From: Acidobacteriota bacterium
Lineage (GTDB): Bacteria; Acidobacteriota; UBA6911; RPQK01; JAJDTT01
Assembly (NCBI GenBank): GCA_965116695.1
Contig: OZ220706.1
Span: 637,995 to 701,994, forward strand
DNA length: 64,000 nucleotides
Direction of reading: 5' to 3'
The notes under the pieces were generated by a model. That model did no database searches, had not been told where the DNA came from, and worked only from the letters and a program-made list of their open reading frames with translations. The position numbers and the translations under genes are program-made. Shown here one piece after another: positions 1-9,122 of this stretch (position 1 is its first letter; every line of letters begins with the position of its first letter).

Positions 1-5
1 GCCAC

Positions 6-1172
6 TTGCGCGCGCTGAATCGGGCGCTGGCCGGGACCGGCCGTGTCGAGGTGCTCCAGACCTTCCTGGTGGGAGAGTCGCAGATGGAGGCGCTCGAAGC
101 CGCAGGAAGAGTCAGGCGCCGCAGCGGCCATTGGTTCGAGGCTCGAACGCCGGTCCGGGTCCATCCCTGCCGGGTTCCCATGCGCACCCCCGGGCGCACC
201 GACATGGACTCCACCGCGGCCTGCAATGCTTTCCGGGCTCACTTGGCGCAGCTGCTTCAGCAAGAACGGCCTCAACTGTTGCACGTCCACCTGGTTCGGC
301 ACCGGATCCAGGTCGTGGCCCTGGAAGTCGCCAGAGAGGCCGGGATTCCCACCGTGATCACCCACCATGAAGGGCGGCCTGCAAATCCGGAGATGGCTGA
401 CATCCTTCGAGAGGCCCATCGCTTGGCGGATCGTGTCTGCGCCGTGACCCGTTTCTCGGCGTCGGCTTTCGGCGGGTCCCCCGTCGACTATCGAGGATTC
501 TTCGTCGACCGCGACTTCTGGAATCCGGACGCCGTCGCGGACCCGGATCGCGAAGCTTGGCGTCGGCGTCTGGCGCCGGGAGCGATGGATCGGCTCTTGG
601 TGTACCCGGCGCGGTTCATTCCCCGAAAGAACCACGAGCATCTGATCCGAGGCATGGCCGGTCTGGTTCGGAGCCGCGCGGTCCGGGACGCAGGCCTGGG
701 GGTGAGGCTGGCATTGCCGGGCCCGACTCTCCCCGAAGGACTTCCCTACATGTCCGGATTGCGACAGTTGGCCTCCGACCTGGACCTGGACCCCCACGTC
801 GTTTTTCTGGACACATTGGCTCCGGCCGGCCTGCGCGCTCTCTATGCCGCCGCGCAGGTCGTGGTCTACCCGGCTCGGAACGAGGGAGCGGGACGCAGCC
901 ATCTGGAAGGAATGCTCCTGGGCTGCTGCCCCGCCGTATCCGGTGACGGAGGCCTCGTGGAATACGTTCGCCATGGGGTCAACGGCATCGTTTTTTCCCC
1001 CAATCACGTCGACGACCTGGTGCGGGGGCTCAAGTCCATTCTGCTCTCGGAAGACCTGCGCCGGAGCTTGGCCGCCGCGGCCCGGGAGACCGCGGCCGGC
1101 TTGACGCTGGACCGGTACGCAAGCGACCATTTGACCCTGTACCGAGGCCTGATCGACGAGAAACGGGCATGA
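6..1172 (+). CDS. GT-B fold glycosyltransferase (GT4-like). The 5' end may lie beyond the left window edge.
   Basis: C-terminal domain has the E-x7-E motif EGAGRSHLE followed by VRHGVNGIVF. No stop upstream of position 6 in this frame. The stop overlaps the next start (ATGA at 1169-1172). Confidence 0.75.
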   Translation: MRALNRALAGTGRVEVLQTFLVGESQMEALEAAGRVRRRSGHWFEARTPVRVHPCRVPMRTPGRTDMDSTAACNAFRAHLAQLLQQERPQLLHVHLVRHRIQVVALEVAREAGIPTVITHHEGRPANPEMADILREAHRLADRVCAVTRFSASAFGGSPVDYRGFFVDRDFWNPDAVADPDREAWRRRLAPGAMDRLLVYPARFIPRKNHEHLIRGMAGLVRSRAVRDAGLGVRLALPGPTLPEGLPYMSGLRQLASDLDLDPHVVFLDTLAPAGLRALYAAAQVVVYPARNEGAGRSHLEGMLLGCCPAVSGDGGLVEYVRHGVNGIVFSPNHVDDLVRGLKSILLSEDLRRSLAAAARETAAGLTLDRYASDHLTLYRGLIDEKRA

Positions 1173-2386
1173 GCAAACCGCTGGTCATCATCTCCCGCAA
1201 TCCCGATTCCTATCTGTCGGGACACAGCATTTTCTCCTGGCAACTCTCGGAATTTCTGGCGGGAAACGCTGGAATTCCCGTAGTCCACGTCACCCATTCT
1301 TCCCGGGAAGGTTCCCGGCACAGCGTTCGGATCACCCCTCCCGTCGCGGCCCGCCGCTACCGGCGCATCGAGGTTCGATACGAACCCATGGCCAAGGTGC
1401 CCCACAGTTTGAGTTCCTGCGTGGTGGCCGACTCCATCGACGGCATCCTTCGGGAATACCCGGACGGAGTGCGGGGTGTCCTGGCCATTTCTCCTCTGAG
1501 CTATCTGGCGGATGTCCTCAATGTCTGTCTCGATCCGTCGATCCCGGTGGTGAGCCTGCTCCGGGGGACCGACACCCTGGAGTTGGCCCGGCCTTGGGGA
1601 GAGACTTATTCGGGCCGTCGATACCGCCGGGCCCTGGAAACGTGCGACGCCATCTTCACCGTCTCCGGCTGGCTGGAAGATCTGGCGAGGAAGATCGGTC
1701 TACCGGTGACCGGAGTGGTGGCTCCGGTGACGTTCCATCCCTTCTCCCGGGAGGCTCTTGAGGCGGAAGCCCGCAAGCTGGAGCAGAGACTGTTCCCCGG
1801 CATTCCCCCGGCCGCAGGGCGGCTGGTGGCCTTTGCCGGGCGGATGGCGGCGGAGAAAGGAGCTCTCAAGGTCGCCGAGGTCCTGGACGCGCTGTTGGAA
1901 CGGGAACCGTCCGTACGGGCAGTCATGGCCGGTTCCGGTGCCGAACGGAGCCGCATCCGCCAAGTCCTGGCCGACAGGATCCCGGAAGGGCGCGCCTGGG
2001 TCGGTCCCCTCTCCTTCCCGGAAGTCTTGGCCCTGGCGGCCCGGACGGATCTCATGCTCATGGGATCGGGTCTGGAGCGGGAGGAGACCTTTACCGAGGC
2101 CATCAGCAGCTCTTCGGTCACCTTCGCCTCCAGGGGCACGCCGGTGCTGTATTGTGCGGGTCCCCGTTCCGGAGGGATCCGGGAGGCCGTCGGGGAGGAA
2201 AACCGGCTCTGGTGCGAGTCCCTGACCGGTTACGAATCCTGGTCTGAGGCCATCCGGGATCTTTTTCGGGATGAGGTCCGGTACCAGAGGATCGCGTCCC
2301 AGAACCGCGCCGCCGGAAAGGCGTTCGAGATCCATACCGTTCTCGCCCCGCTCCTCACCTGTTTCGGGATTCGGCTTTCCAGTTGA
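1169..2386 (+). CDS. GT-B fold glycosyltransferase (second, GT4-like)
   Basis: ATG at 1169 is translationally coupled to the upstream GT. FAGRMAAEKG-type start of a GT-B C-terminal domain. Coding-like composition across the whole ORF. Confidence 0.65.
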   Translation: MSKPLVIISRNPDSYLSGHSIFSWQLSEFLAGNAGIPVVHVTHSSREGSRHSVRITPPVAARRYRRIEVRYEPMAKVPHSLSSCVVADSIDGILREYPDGVRGVLAISPLSYLADVLNVCLDPSIPVVSLLRGTDTLELARPWGETYSGRRYRRALETCDAIFTVSGWLEDLARKIGLPVTGVVAPVTFHPFSREALEAEARKLEQRLFPGIPPAAGRLVAFAGRMAAEKGALKVAEVLDALLEREPSVRAVMAGSGAERSRIRQVLADRIPEGRAWVGPLSFPEVLALAARTDLMLMGSGLEREETFTEAISSSSVTFASRGTPVLYCAGPRSGGIREAVGEENRLWCESLTGYESWSEAIRDLFRDEVRYQRIASQNRAAGKAFEIHTVLAPLLTCFGIRLSS

Positions 2387-2428
2387 CCGGACTGGTGTTT
2401 GGGTGAAGCTTCAAGAAGCTACACCGAT

Positions 2429-3592
2429 ATGTCTTCGAATAAACTGTTTTTGACTCCCTTCGTCCGCCTTCTGTCCGCCCGTTCCTGTTTCTCCGGTTGT
2501 CATGCCCTGCTCCTGATCGGGCTTCCCCTGGTCTTGGCCGGCCGCAACGTGGAGGTCAACCGGATCGGATTCGTCATGGGGAGCTACGCCGCCGGCGTGC
2601 TGGTGGGGCGTCCCGTGGCGACGTGGCTTCTCGGTTCCCGATCCCGCAAGGGGGTGGCTACCTTGGGAGCGTTGCTCATTTTTGGCTCCGTCCTCTTCTA
2701 CTGGTGGATCCCTCACGTCTCGTGGTACCTCGTGATCCGGGTTCTGCAAGGCTTGGGATCGTCCCTGCTGATCACGGCCACCACCACCATGGCCATCGAT
2801 CAGGCTCCGAAGCGGCGTCGGGGCCGATCCCTGTCCTACCTGGGAATGAGCCACACTTCGATGCTGGCGGCGGGCCCGGTATTGGCGGTGATCCTCTTGG
2901 AAGGGGCCGGATCCGGCGTCCTCTTCGCCACCGTCGCCGGGGTGACGCTGATCGGCCTCCTCCTACTCTTGCGGGTCGTCGAAGAAGTCCATCCCGAGAG
3001 TCTCCAGGCTCCGGCGGGCCGGGGACCGGTGCATGGAGTCGGGCGCCCCGTCCTGGTTGCGACGACCCTCCTCTTTCTGAATGCGCTGGTGCACGGTGGA
3101 GCGTTCTACTTTCTTCCCCTGCACGTCAGCCGGACCCTCACCGGCAACAGCGGCCTTTTCTTCACCTGTTTTGCCCTGGCCGCTCTTTCAGGCCGCTTCG
3201 TCTCGGGACAGGTTTCCGACCGCCTGGGACGGCTCCCGGCCGGGTTCATGGCCCAGATTCTTCTGATTGCCGGCGTCTTCCTGATGGGCGGAGTCGAGTC
3301 CATGGCCGGACTGGCGGCTGCGGGAATCGTCTACGGAGCCGGTTTCGGCACCTACATGACGGCCATGACCACGTTCGTCTCGGACCACACCAGCCACGAG
3401 AATCGGCCCCGGATCATCGCCCTCTACTTCAGCGCCCTGGATCTGGGAAATTCGGTGGCAGGCTGGCTGTTGGGACCGGTGGCGGAGAATATCGGAATTC
3501 CGGCCATGCTCCACGCGTGTTTCGGGATCAGCATCCTGGCCGGAGTCCTGTTCCTGCTGGGATTGGGACGGGACCTCGTCCGCTCGCGGTGA
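2429..3592 (+). CDS. MFS transporter
   Basis: About 12 hydrophobic segments. MFS loop motif SDRLGRLP between predicted TM8 and TM9. I prefer the ATG at 2429 (MSSNKLFLTPF) over the GTG at 2399. Confidence 0.8.
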   Translation: MSSNKLFLTPFVRLLSARSCFSGCHALLLIGLPLVLAGRNVEVNRIGFVMGSYAAGVLVGRPVATWLLGSRSRKGVATLGALLIFGSVLFYWWIPHVSWYLVIRVLQGLGSSLLITATTTMAIDQAPKRRRGRSLSYLGMSHTSMLAAGPVLAVILLEGAGSGVLFATVAGVTLIGLLLLLRVVEEVHPESLQAPAGRGPVHGVGRPVLVATTLLFLNALVHGGAFYFLPLHVSRTLTGNSGLFFTCFALAALSGRFVSGQVSDRLGRLPAGFMAQILLIAGVFLMGGVESMAGLAAAGIVYGAGFGTYMTAMTTFVSDHTSHENRPRIIALYFSALDLGNSVAGWLLGPVAENIGIPAMLHACFGISILAGVLFLLGLGRDLVRSR

Positions 3593-3599
3593 ACGCGGT

Positions 3600-4508
3600 T
3601 CAACGGTTTTTGTCCGTCATCCACCTCAGATCCAACTCCAGGTCCAGACGATGGACCAGGGCCCTGAGTTGGTTGTCCAGAGCCTGAGCCGGACCGGCCA
3701 CGAAGGCCGTTTCTCCAAATGGGCGGGACCGGATCAGATCCTCCAGAAGCTCCCTCTCGGCTTCGGAGAGATCGACCGGCGTCCCATCGTCGCGACGCCG
3801 AAGTTCCCGAGATTCCCAGGCGTAGGCATAGTCTCCCAGAACGGTCAGGTAGGGATCGGCCAGGGACGGTCCTTCCTTCTTGCGGACGATGGCCTGGTAG
3901 TCCAGATGCACCACTTCCAGGTAGTTTCGATAGGCGGTGATAAATGCCTGGATGCTCACGCCGGGCCGGACCTCCGCCGGGTATTCCTCCATCTTCCAGC
4001 GGTAGTCGTCGAAGATCAGAAGGCCCCCAACCTTCAGCAGGTCCCACGACAAGACCGCGTCCGCCAGGACCATGTCCCCCGTGTGTCCGCCGTCGATATA
4101 GATGATGTCGTAGGAATCAGGCTTCAGCCCGCGGAGTTGGACCTGGGAACGGCCGGTGATGGTGATAGCCTTGTGGGCAACCCCCGAGAGTTCGAGGTTG
4201 GCCAAGTAACGTTCCTTCAAGTCTCCTGGAAAAAGATCTATTCCGGTGAGAGTTGAATTAGGATGGGTGAGAATATTATTCAACATCCAGATCGCGGACC
4301 GGCCCTCGAAGACCCCCACTTCCAGATAGTGGGTGCCGGGTCGGCCCGCGTAGGGCTCCAGGACCCGGGTCCAGACCGGAACGGCGCTGGTGAACCAGTC
4401 GTAGGTGAACTCGTAGGGTTCCGGGGTCTCCGGCGGCGGCGCTTCGCCGCACCCCAGAATCAGGCCCAGGCCCAGGCCCAGGACGGAGATGAATCGACGG
4501 CAACGCAT
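3600..4508 (-). CDS. Class I SAM-dependent methyltransferase (Methyltransf_24-like) with an N-terminal lipoprotein-type signal and a ~100-aa C-terminal extension
   Basis: LEVGVFEGRS (motif I-like) and IIYIDGGH plus LLIFDDY. N-terminus MRCRRFISVLGLGLGLILGC carries a lipobox-like LILGC. Confidence 0.7.
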   Translation of the reverse strand: MRCRRFISVLGLGLGLILGCGEAPPPETPEPYEFTYDWFTSAVPVWTRVLEPYAGRPGTHYLEVGVFEGRSAIWMLNNILTHPNSTLTGIDLFPGDLKERYLANLELSGVAHKAITITGRSQVQLRGLKPDSYDIIYIDGGHTGDMVLADAVLSWDLLKVGGLLIFDDYRWKMEEYPAEVRPGVSIQAFITAYRNYLEVVHLDYQAIVRKKEGPSLADPYLTVLGDYAYAWESRELRRRDDGTPVDLSEAERELLEDLIRSRPFGETAFVAGPAQALDNQLRALVHRLDLELDLRWMTDKNR

Positions 4509-4793
4509 GGACCAACCTTGTCGAATGAGCGGTCAAGGGTATTCCGCAGTGGCCGCTTCTGGCAAGGACCAGACTCATCCGCGAACCCGGTGAATCCGAT
4601 CTTCCTGTGCATGGCTGTACTTCCCAGGACAGAGGTCGGCTGACCGGTGCGTTGCGGGGTCCCATGGCGACTTCGGGCGTGTCCTGCTACGCTGCAATCT
4701 GGACTGAAATTGACGAGATTCCCCGGCGGGACCGGGAAGTACGGTCATCCGATCTGGGAGCCTGGGGACCTGAGAAATCAGGAGGCGCCATAG

Positions 4794-5579
4794 ATGCGAC
4801 TCGAGGGAAAGGCGGCCATCGTCACCGGCGGCGGCACTGGATTGGGCCGCGCCATCGCACTCCGCTTCGCTGCCGAGGGAGCCAGAGTCGCCATCGGCGA
4901 GATTCGCCCCGACGCGGGTGAAAGCACCTGCCGGGAGATCTCTGCTCGAGGGGGAGAGGCCGTCTCCATTCCCACCGACGTCACCGTTGCAGAACAGGTC
5001 GACACTCTGGTCAGCGCCTGCGACGAGCAGTTCGGCCGAATCGATGTCCTGGTCAACAACGCCGGAGTGACCGCGGTTCACCATCCCCAGCTCTTCGCCC
5101 ACTGCCTCGAGCTCGACCTGGAAAGCTGGAACCGGGTCATCGACATCAACCTCACCAGCCTCTTCATCTGCAGCCAGAAGGTGGCGCGCTATATGGTTCG
5201 CCGGGACATCCAGGGCCGCATCATCAACATCGCATCCACCGCCAGCTTCGGCGCCGACCTGGGGGGCGCTAACTACGTTGCGGCCAAGCACGGCGTCATG
5301 GGCCTGACCCGGTCCATGGCCGTGGAATTGGGATCGCACAAGATCATCGTCAACGCCATCGCGCCGGGCATGACGGAGACGGAAGGAGCCCGGCCCATCT
5401 TCCGGGAGGAGCGCAGACGAATCGGAATCGAGAAGTCGGTGCCGCTGAACCGGGCGGGCACGCCGGAAGAGGTGGCCTCGGCGGCGGTCTTTCTGGCTTC
5501 GGACGAGTGCACCTACGTCAACGGGTCGGCGATCGTGGTCGACGGGGGCTTCCTGGCCTACGAACGGTGGTGGTATTGA
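4794..5579 (+). CDS. SDR family oxidoreductase (FabG-like)
   Basis: TGGGTGLG cofactor motif, NNAG, YVAAK catalytic Y-x3-K. AGGAGG RBS about 8 nt upstream of the ATG. Confidence 0.9.
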   Translation: MRLEGKAAIVTGGGTGLGRAIALRFAAEGARVAIGEIRPDAGESTCREISARGGEAVSIPTDVTVAEQVDTLVSACDEQFGRIDVLVNNAGVTAVHHPQLFAHCLELDLESWNRVIDINLTSLFICSQKVARYMVRRDIQGRIINIASTASFGADLGGANYVAAKHGVMGLTRSMAVELGSHKIIVNAIAPGMTETEGARPIFREERRRIGIEKSVPLNRAGTPEEVASAAVFLASDECTYVNGSAIVVDGGFLAYERWWY

Positions 5580-5592
5580 TCCCGGTGCCGAG

Positions 5593-6663
5593 TCACTCGC
5601 CGAGCTGAGACTTGAACCACTCCGCCATCCATTCGAAGTACTCGATCCGAAAGTTGTGCGCGTCGTCAGGACGGTAGATGGCGAACCGCTCGATCAGACC
5701 CTGTTCCTCATACACCGGCCGAACCACCTCGATAAGCCGGTCCACGCCCGAACGGGGCATATCCTGGTCACGCAGGGGCGCCAGCATCATCAGGGGCCGG
5801 GGGGCGATGGTGGCGGCGACGATCTCCGGGTGGTCGAAATACCGCAGCATGTGGGGGATGTAGCTGAAGGAGCTGGACCGGTCCGGGTCCCCTTCATGGA
5901 TCACGGCGGCCAGGGTGCCCAGACCGCCGCAGAGAACCGCCACCGCCGGTATCGAAGGATCGCAGGCCGCGGCCATCCAGGTCGCGTAGCTGCCCAGCGA
6001 GAATCCCGTCATGCCAACTCGCCCGGGGTCCACCGACGGCTCGGCCTCCAGCACCCGCGCCGCTTTCAGGGCCTCCTCCACCAGGACCCCCATCTGGGTC
6101 CGGCCATAGGGGATCAGCATCTTGGCCTCTCTCTCCCAGTCCTCGAAAACCCGGCGCCGGATCACGGTTCCCTTCAGGTTGATGGCGAGCGTGGCGAAGC
6201 CCCTTCGGGCCAACTCCCGGGCCCAGCCCCTCAACGGACCCTGGCCGTCCCTCTCCCGGTAAAGCCGTTCGTCGCTGATCTGATCCACGCTGCCGCTGGT
6301 GCCGGGCATGCAGACGATGCCGGGAAGCGTATCCGGTCCGGCGCCCCGGGGAACCATCAAGAGGCCGGGCACCGTCTCGCCCAGCGAATTGATGAAGCTG
6401 ATGCGGGTCGAATCGATGCCGTCGTCACTGGAAACCGTTTCTTCGCGAGTGACCTCCACTGTCGTGGGTAGGCCCTCCAGTCCCAACAGTTCCATGAGTT
6501 TGGGCCGAATTCCCTTCCCCCGAATCGGTTGGGGAGAAAAAGCCTGGATGCCGGGAGGGATTCTGTAGAAAGGAAGCTGTTTCTCCGATTCCTCACCTTG
6601 GCAGTTGGAAAGCCAAAGAACGGAAGAGACCAAGAATATGCTCAAGATTATCCTAACCCGCAT
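5593..6663 (-). CDS. Exported alpha/beta hydrolase (dienelactone hydrolase / acetyl esterase-like)
   Basis: N-terminal signal with LSNC lipobox-like site. Nucleophile elbow GFSLG. Late acidic and His residues (PDDAHNF) are consistent with a catalytic triad. Confidence 0.75.
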   Translation of the reverse strand: MRVRIILSIFLVSSVLWLSNCQGEESEKQLPFYRIPPGIQAFSPQPIRGKGIRPKLMELLGLEGLPTTVEVTREETVSSDDGIDSTRISFINSLGETVPGLLMVPRGAGPDTLPGIVCMPGTSGSVDQISDERLYRERDGQGPLRGWARELARRGFATLAINLKGTVIRRRVFEDWEREAKMLIPYGRTQMGVLVEEALKAARVLEAEPSVDPGRVGMTGFSLGSYATWMAAACDPSIPAVAVLCGGLGTLAAVIHEGDPDRSSSFSYIPHMLRYFDHPEIVAATIAPRPLMMLAPLRDQDMPRSGVDRLIEVVRPVYEEQGLIERFAIYRPDDAHNFRIEYFEWMAEWFKSQLGE

Positions 6664-6710
6664 TTTCTACCTCCATGTCTACAGTCGTCCCGCAAACAGA
6701 ATATGGCTTT

Positions 6711-6730
6711 ACCATATCAGATGATATGGT
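6711..6730. promoter_or_regulatory. Perfect 9-bp inverted repeat (ACCATATCA ga TGATATGGT) just upstream of vapB. Candidate autoregulatory operator.
   Basis: Read directly from the sequence. Further ATATGG half-sites lie at about 6700-6706 and 6733-6738. The site sits 14 nt upstream of the vapB ATG, beside a TAATAT -10-like hexamer. Confidence 0.45.
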
Positions 6731-6743
6731 TAATATGGGACAA

Positions 6744-6992
6744 ATGAAGACGACTGTGGATATCCAAGATGAACTGTTGGCGCGCGCAAAGCGCCACGCT
6801 AGACGGTCGGGCCGTCCATTGCGCTCTGTGATTGAAGAGGGACTCCGCCGAGTGCTGGAAACTCCTGCGCCCCGCAACCGCTACCGACTCTCCGACTTGA
6901 GTGCGGGGAATCCAGACAACGCCGATCCGCTCGAGGCGTACTCCTGGCAGGACCTGCGGGCCATGATTTACGGAGATCCGGGAACACGGTGA
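6744..6992 (+). CDS. vapB: Type II antitoxin, VapB-like
   Basis: MKTTVDIQDELLARAKRHARRSGRPLRSVIEEGLRRVL is typical of small antitoxins partnered with PIN toxins. Its stop overlaps the vapC GTG start (GTGA at 6989-6992). The ATG at 6744 is preferred over the longer ORF starting at 6675. Confidence 0.7.
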   Translation: MKTTVDIQDELLARAKRHARRSGRPLRSVIEEGLRRVLETPAPRNRYRLSDLSAGNPDNADPLEAYSWQDLRAMIYGDPGTR

Positions 6993-7432
6993 TCGCGGTA
7001 GACACCAACCTGCTGGTGTACGCGCACCGAAGAGAGTCTCGCTTCCACGAGGCATCGCGAGATGTCTTGCGCGCATTGGCCGAAGGCGAACGATTCTGGG
7101 CGATTCCATGGCCCTGCTGTTATGAGTTTCTAAGCGTTGTGACGAACCACCGCATTTATCGCGCGGACCCGACCACGCCGGAGTTCGCTTGGCGACAGCT
7201 CATGGATTGGGCCGCATCACCGTCGTGCCGCCTGTTGGGTGAAACCGAAGATTTTCTGGATATATTGCAAGGCTTTGTACAGCGACCGAGGGTACGCGGG
7301 GCTATTGTCCATGATGCCCGAGTAGCCGCCATCTGCGTCGCGCACGGGGTGGAAACTCTGTTGACCCGGGACCGGGATTTCCATCTGTTTCCTGAACTCC
7401 GAGCCCTGGATCCAATTCCTAACGGATTTTGA
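6989..7432 (+). CDS. vapC: Type II toxin, PIN-domain ribonuclease VapC
   Basis: IAVDTNLLVYA (first acidic PIN residue), a central acidic residue and a C-terminal LLTRDRDF motif. 4-nt overlap with the antitoxin gene. Confidence 0.85.
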   Translation: MIAVDTNLLVYAHRRESRFHEASRDVLRALAEGERFWAIPWPCCYEFLSVVTNHRIYRADPTTPEFAWRQLMDWAASPSCRLLGETEDFLDILQGFVQRPRVRGAIVHDARVAAICVAHGVETLLTRDRDFHLFPELRALDPIPNGF

Positions 7433-7472
7433 ATACCGACATCTCTCCCGGCTGCCACCGATTGCTCCCAGC

Positions 7473-9122
7473 TCAGGGGCCGCGCGGCTCCGTTATTTGG
7501 TTGTAGGCGTTGGTCTTCCAGTCTTTTAGAGTCTGTATCCTGCCGTTGGGCCAGCGAATCGTCACTTCGTCGATTTCGTGATTTCCGGTTCCGAACAGAA
7601 GCCGTTGATCGTTGTGGGAGAGGTAGCTGGAGCCGCTCCGCACCACGGCCACCTGGCGGAGTCCCCCCGCAGAGACCGTCACCCGGGCGCCCACCGCGTC
7701 GCGGTTGGAAGCTGAGCCGGTCAGGTCGAATCCGATCCAATGGCGCCGGCCGGTGGCGGTCCGGTTCCAGTACAGGGCAGCGAACGAGTCCATGTGATTC
7801 ACGAACATGTCCGGCCTGCCGTCGTTGTCCAGGTCTCCCACCGCCGCCCCACGAGTATTTTGCAGCGTGGTCAGACCGGCCGGCCGTCCCACCTCGACCA
7901 GGCGCCGTCCTTCTTCGTTTCTAAAGAGGAGGTCCCGCTGCCGGAGAGAGGTCCCGATCTGAACCTTGTCCACCTGAGGGTAGACGTGCCCGTTGGCGAT
8001 GAAGAGGTCGAGCCACCCGTCCAGATCCGCATCAAAGAAGAAGGTCCCCCAGCCCAGATATTGCCAGGTGGATTCCCCGAGTCCCCAGCGGTAGCTGGAG
8101 TCGGTGAAGAAGGATCCCCGGTTCACATAGAGCGTGTTGTTGTCCTCCGAGAAGTTGGTCTGCACCAGATCGAGCCGTCCGTCCCGGTTCACGTCCCCCA
8201 CGGCGATCCCCATGCCGTCCTGTTCGTTTCCGTTCTCGCCCAGCGCCACCCCGGTCTCCATCGCCACCTCGACGAAGCGGCCCTTCTCGTTTCGGAACAG
8301 GAAGTTGGGACAGGAATCGTTGGCCACGAAAATGTCCTGGTCGCCGTCGTCATCGTAGTCGAACCAGATGCACCCCAGGCCGTAGTAGGTGGAGCCGTTC
8401 AATATGCCGGCCTCCCGGCTCACGTCACGGAACCGGCCGCCCCCCAGGTTCTTGTAGAGCGAATCTTCCGCCCCCGGCATGCCGCGGGGTCCGCATTGGA
8501 CTGAGATCCCCCGGTAACTGCAGAACTTGGGGGTGGGAGCGGGAGGGTGGCGTGGGTCGAACTGGACGTAACGGGCCACGTACAGGTCGAGCAGGCCGTC
8601 CGCGTCATAGTCGCCGAAGGCGGCGCCGGCGCCCCACCGATTGTCGGTCAGACCCGACGAGGCCGTGATGTCGCGGAAGGTGCCGTCGCCGTTGTTACGG
8701 AACAGGGTGTTTCGATCGAACCCGGTGAGGAAGAGATCCTGGAACCCGTCGTTGTCCACGTCGGCCGCCACCGCTCCCATGTCCCAGGGCCCGCCCGAGA
8801 CCCCGGCCTGCAGCGTGACGTCGCGAAAGGTGCCGTCTCCCTGGTTCCGGTAGAGCGCGTTCCGGACCGTGCGTTTGCCTGCAAGGAACTCCTCGACGGT
8901 ATTCCCGTTGACGAGATAAACGTCGAGCCAGCCGTCGTTGTCGTAGTCGAACAGGGCCACTCCGCCGCTGATCGACTCGATGATGAACGGTTTGTCCGCC
9001 GAACCACTCACGAAACGGAATTCGATCCCCGCTTCGGTGGCACCCTCCCGGAATTGGATCGGGCCTGACTCACCTGAAGCCTGGACCATGGAAAACGACA
9101 GGAGGAGGACCGCCTTTCTCAT
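7473..9122 (-). CDS. CRTAC1 family protein (FG-GAP/VCBS repeats plus a C-terminal ASPIC/UnbV domain), secreted
   Basis: Seven D-x-D-x-DG repeats (DYDNDGWLD, DVDNDGFQD, DYDADGLLD, DYDDDGDQD, DVNRDGRLD, DADLDGWLD, DLDNDGRPD). C-terminal GSSYLSHNDQRLLFG. N-terminal signal peptide. Confidence 0.85.
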   Translation of the reverse strand: MRKAVLLLSFSMVQASGESGPIQFREGATEAGIEFRFVSGSADKPFIIESISGGVALFDYDNDGWLDVYLVNGNTVEEFLAGKRTVRNALYRNQGDGTFRDVTLQAGVSGGPWDMGAVAADVDNDGFQDLFLTGFDRNTLFRNNGDGTFRDITASSGLTDNRWGAGAAFGDYDADGLLDLYVARYVQFDPRHPPAPTPKFCSYRGISVQCGPRGMPGAEDSLYKNLGGGRFRDVSREAGILNGSTYYGLGCIWFDYDDDGDQDIFVANDSCPNFLFRNEKGRFVEVAMETGVALGENGNEQDGMGIAVGDVNRDGRLDLVQTNFSEDNNTLYVNRGSFFTDSSYRWGLGESTWQYLGWGTFFFDADLDGWLDLFIANGHVYPQVDKVQIGTSLRQRDLLFRNEEGRRLVEVGRPAGLTTLQNTRGAAVGDLDNDGRPDMFVNHMDSFAALYWNRTATGRRHWIGFDLTGSASNRDAVGARVTVSAGGLRQVAVVRSGSSYLSHNDQRLLFGTGNHEIDEVTIRWPNGRIQTLKDWKTNAYNQITEPRGP

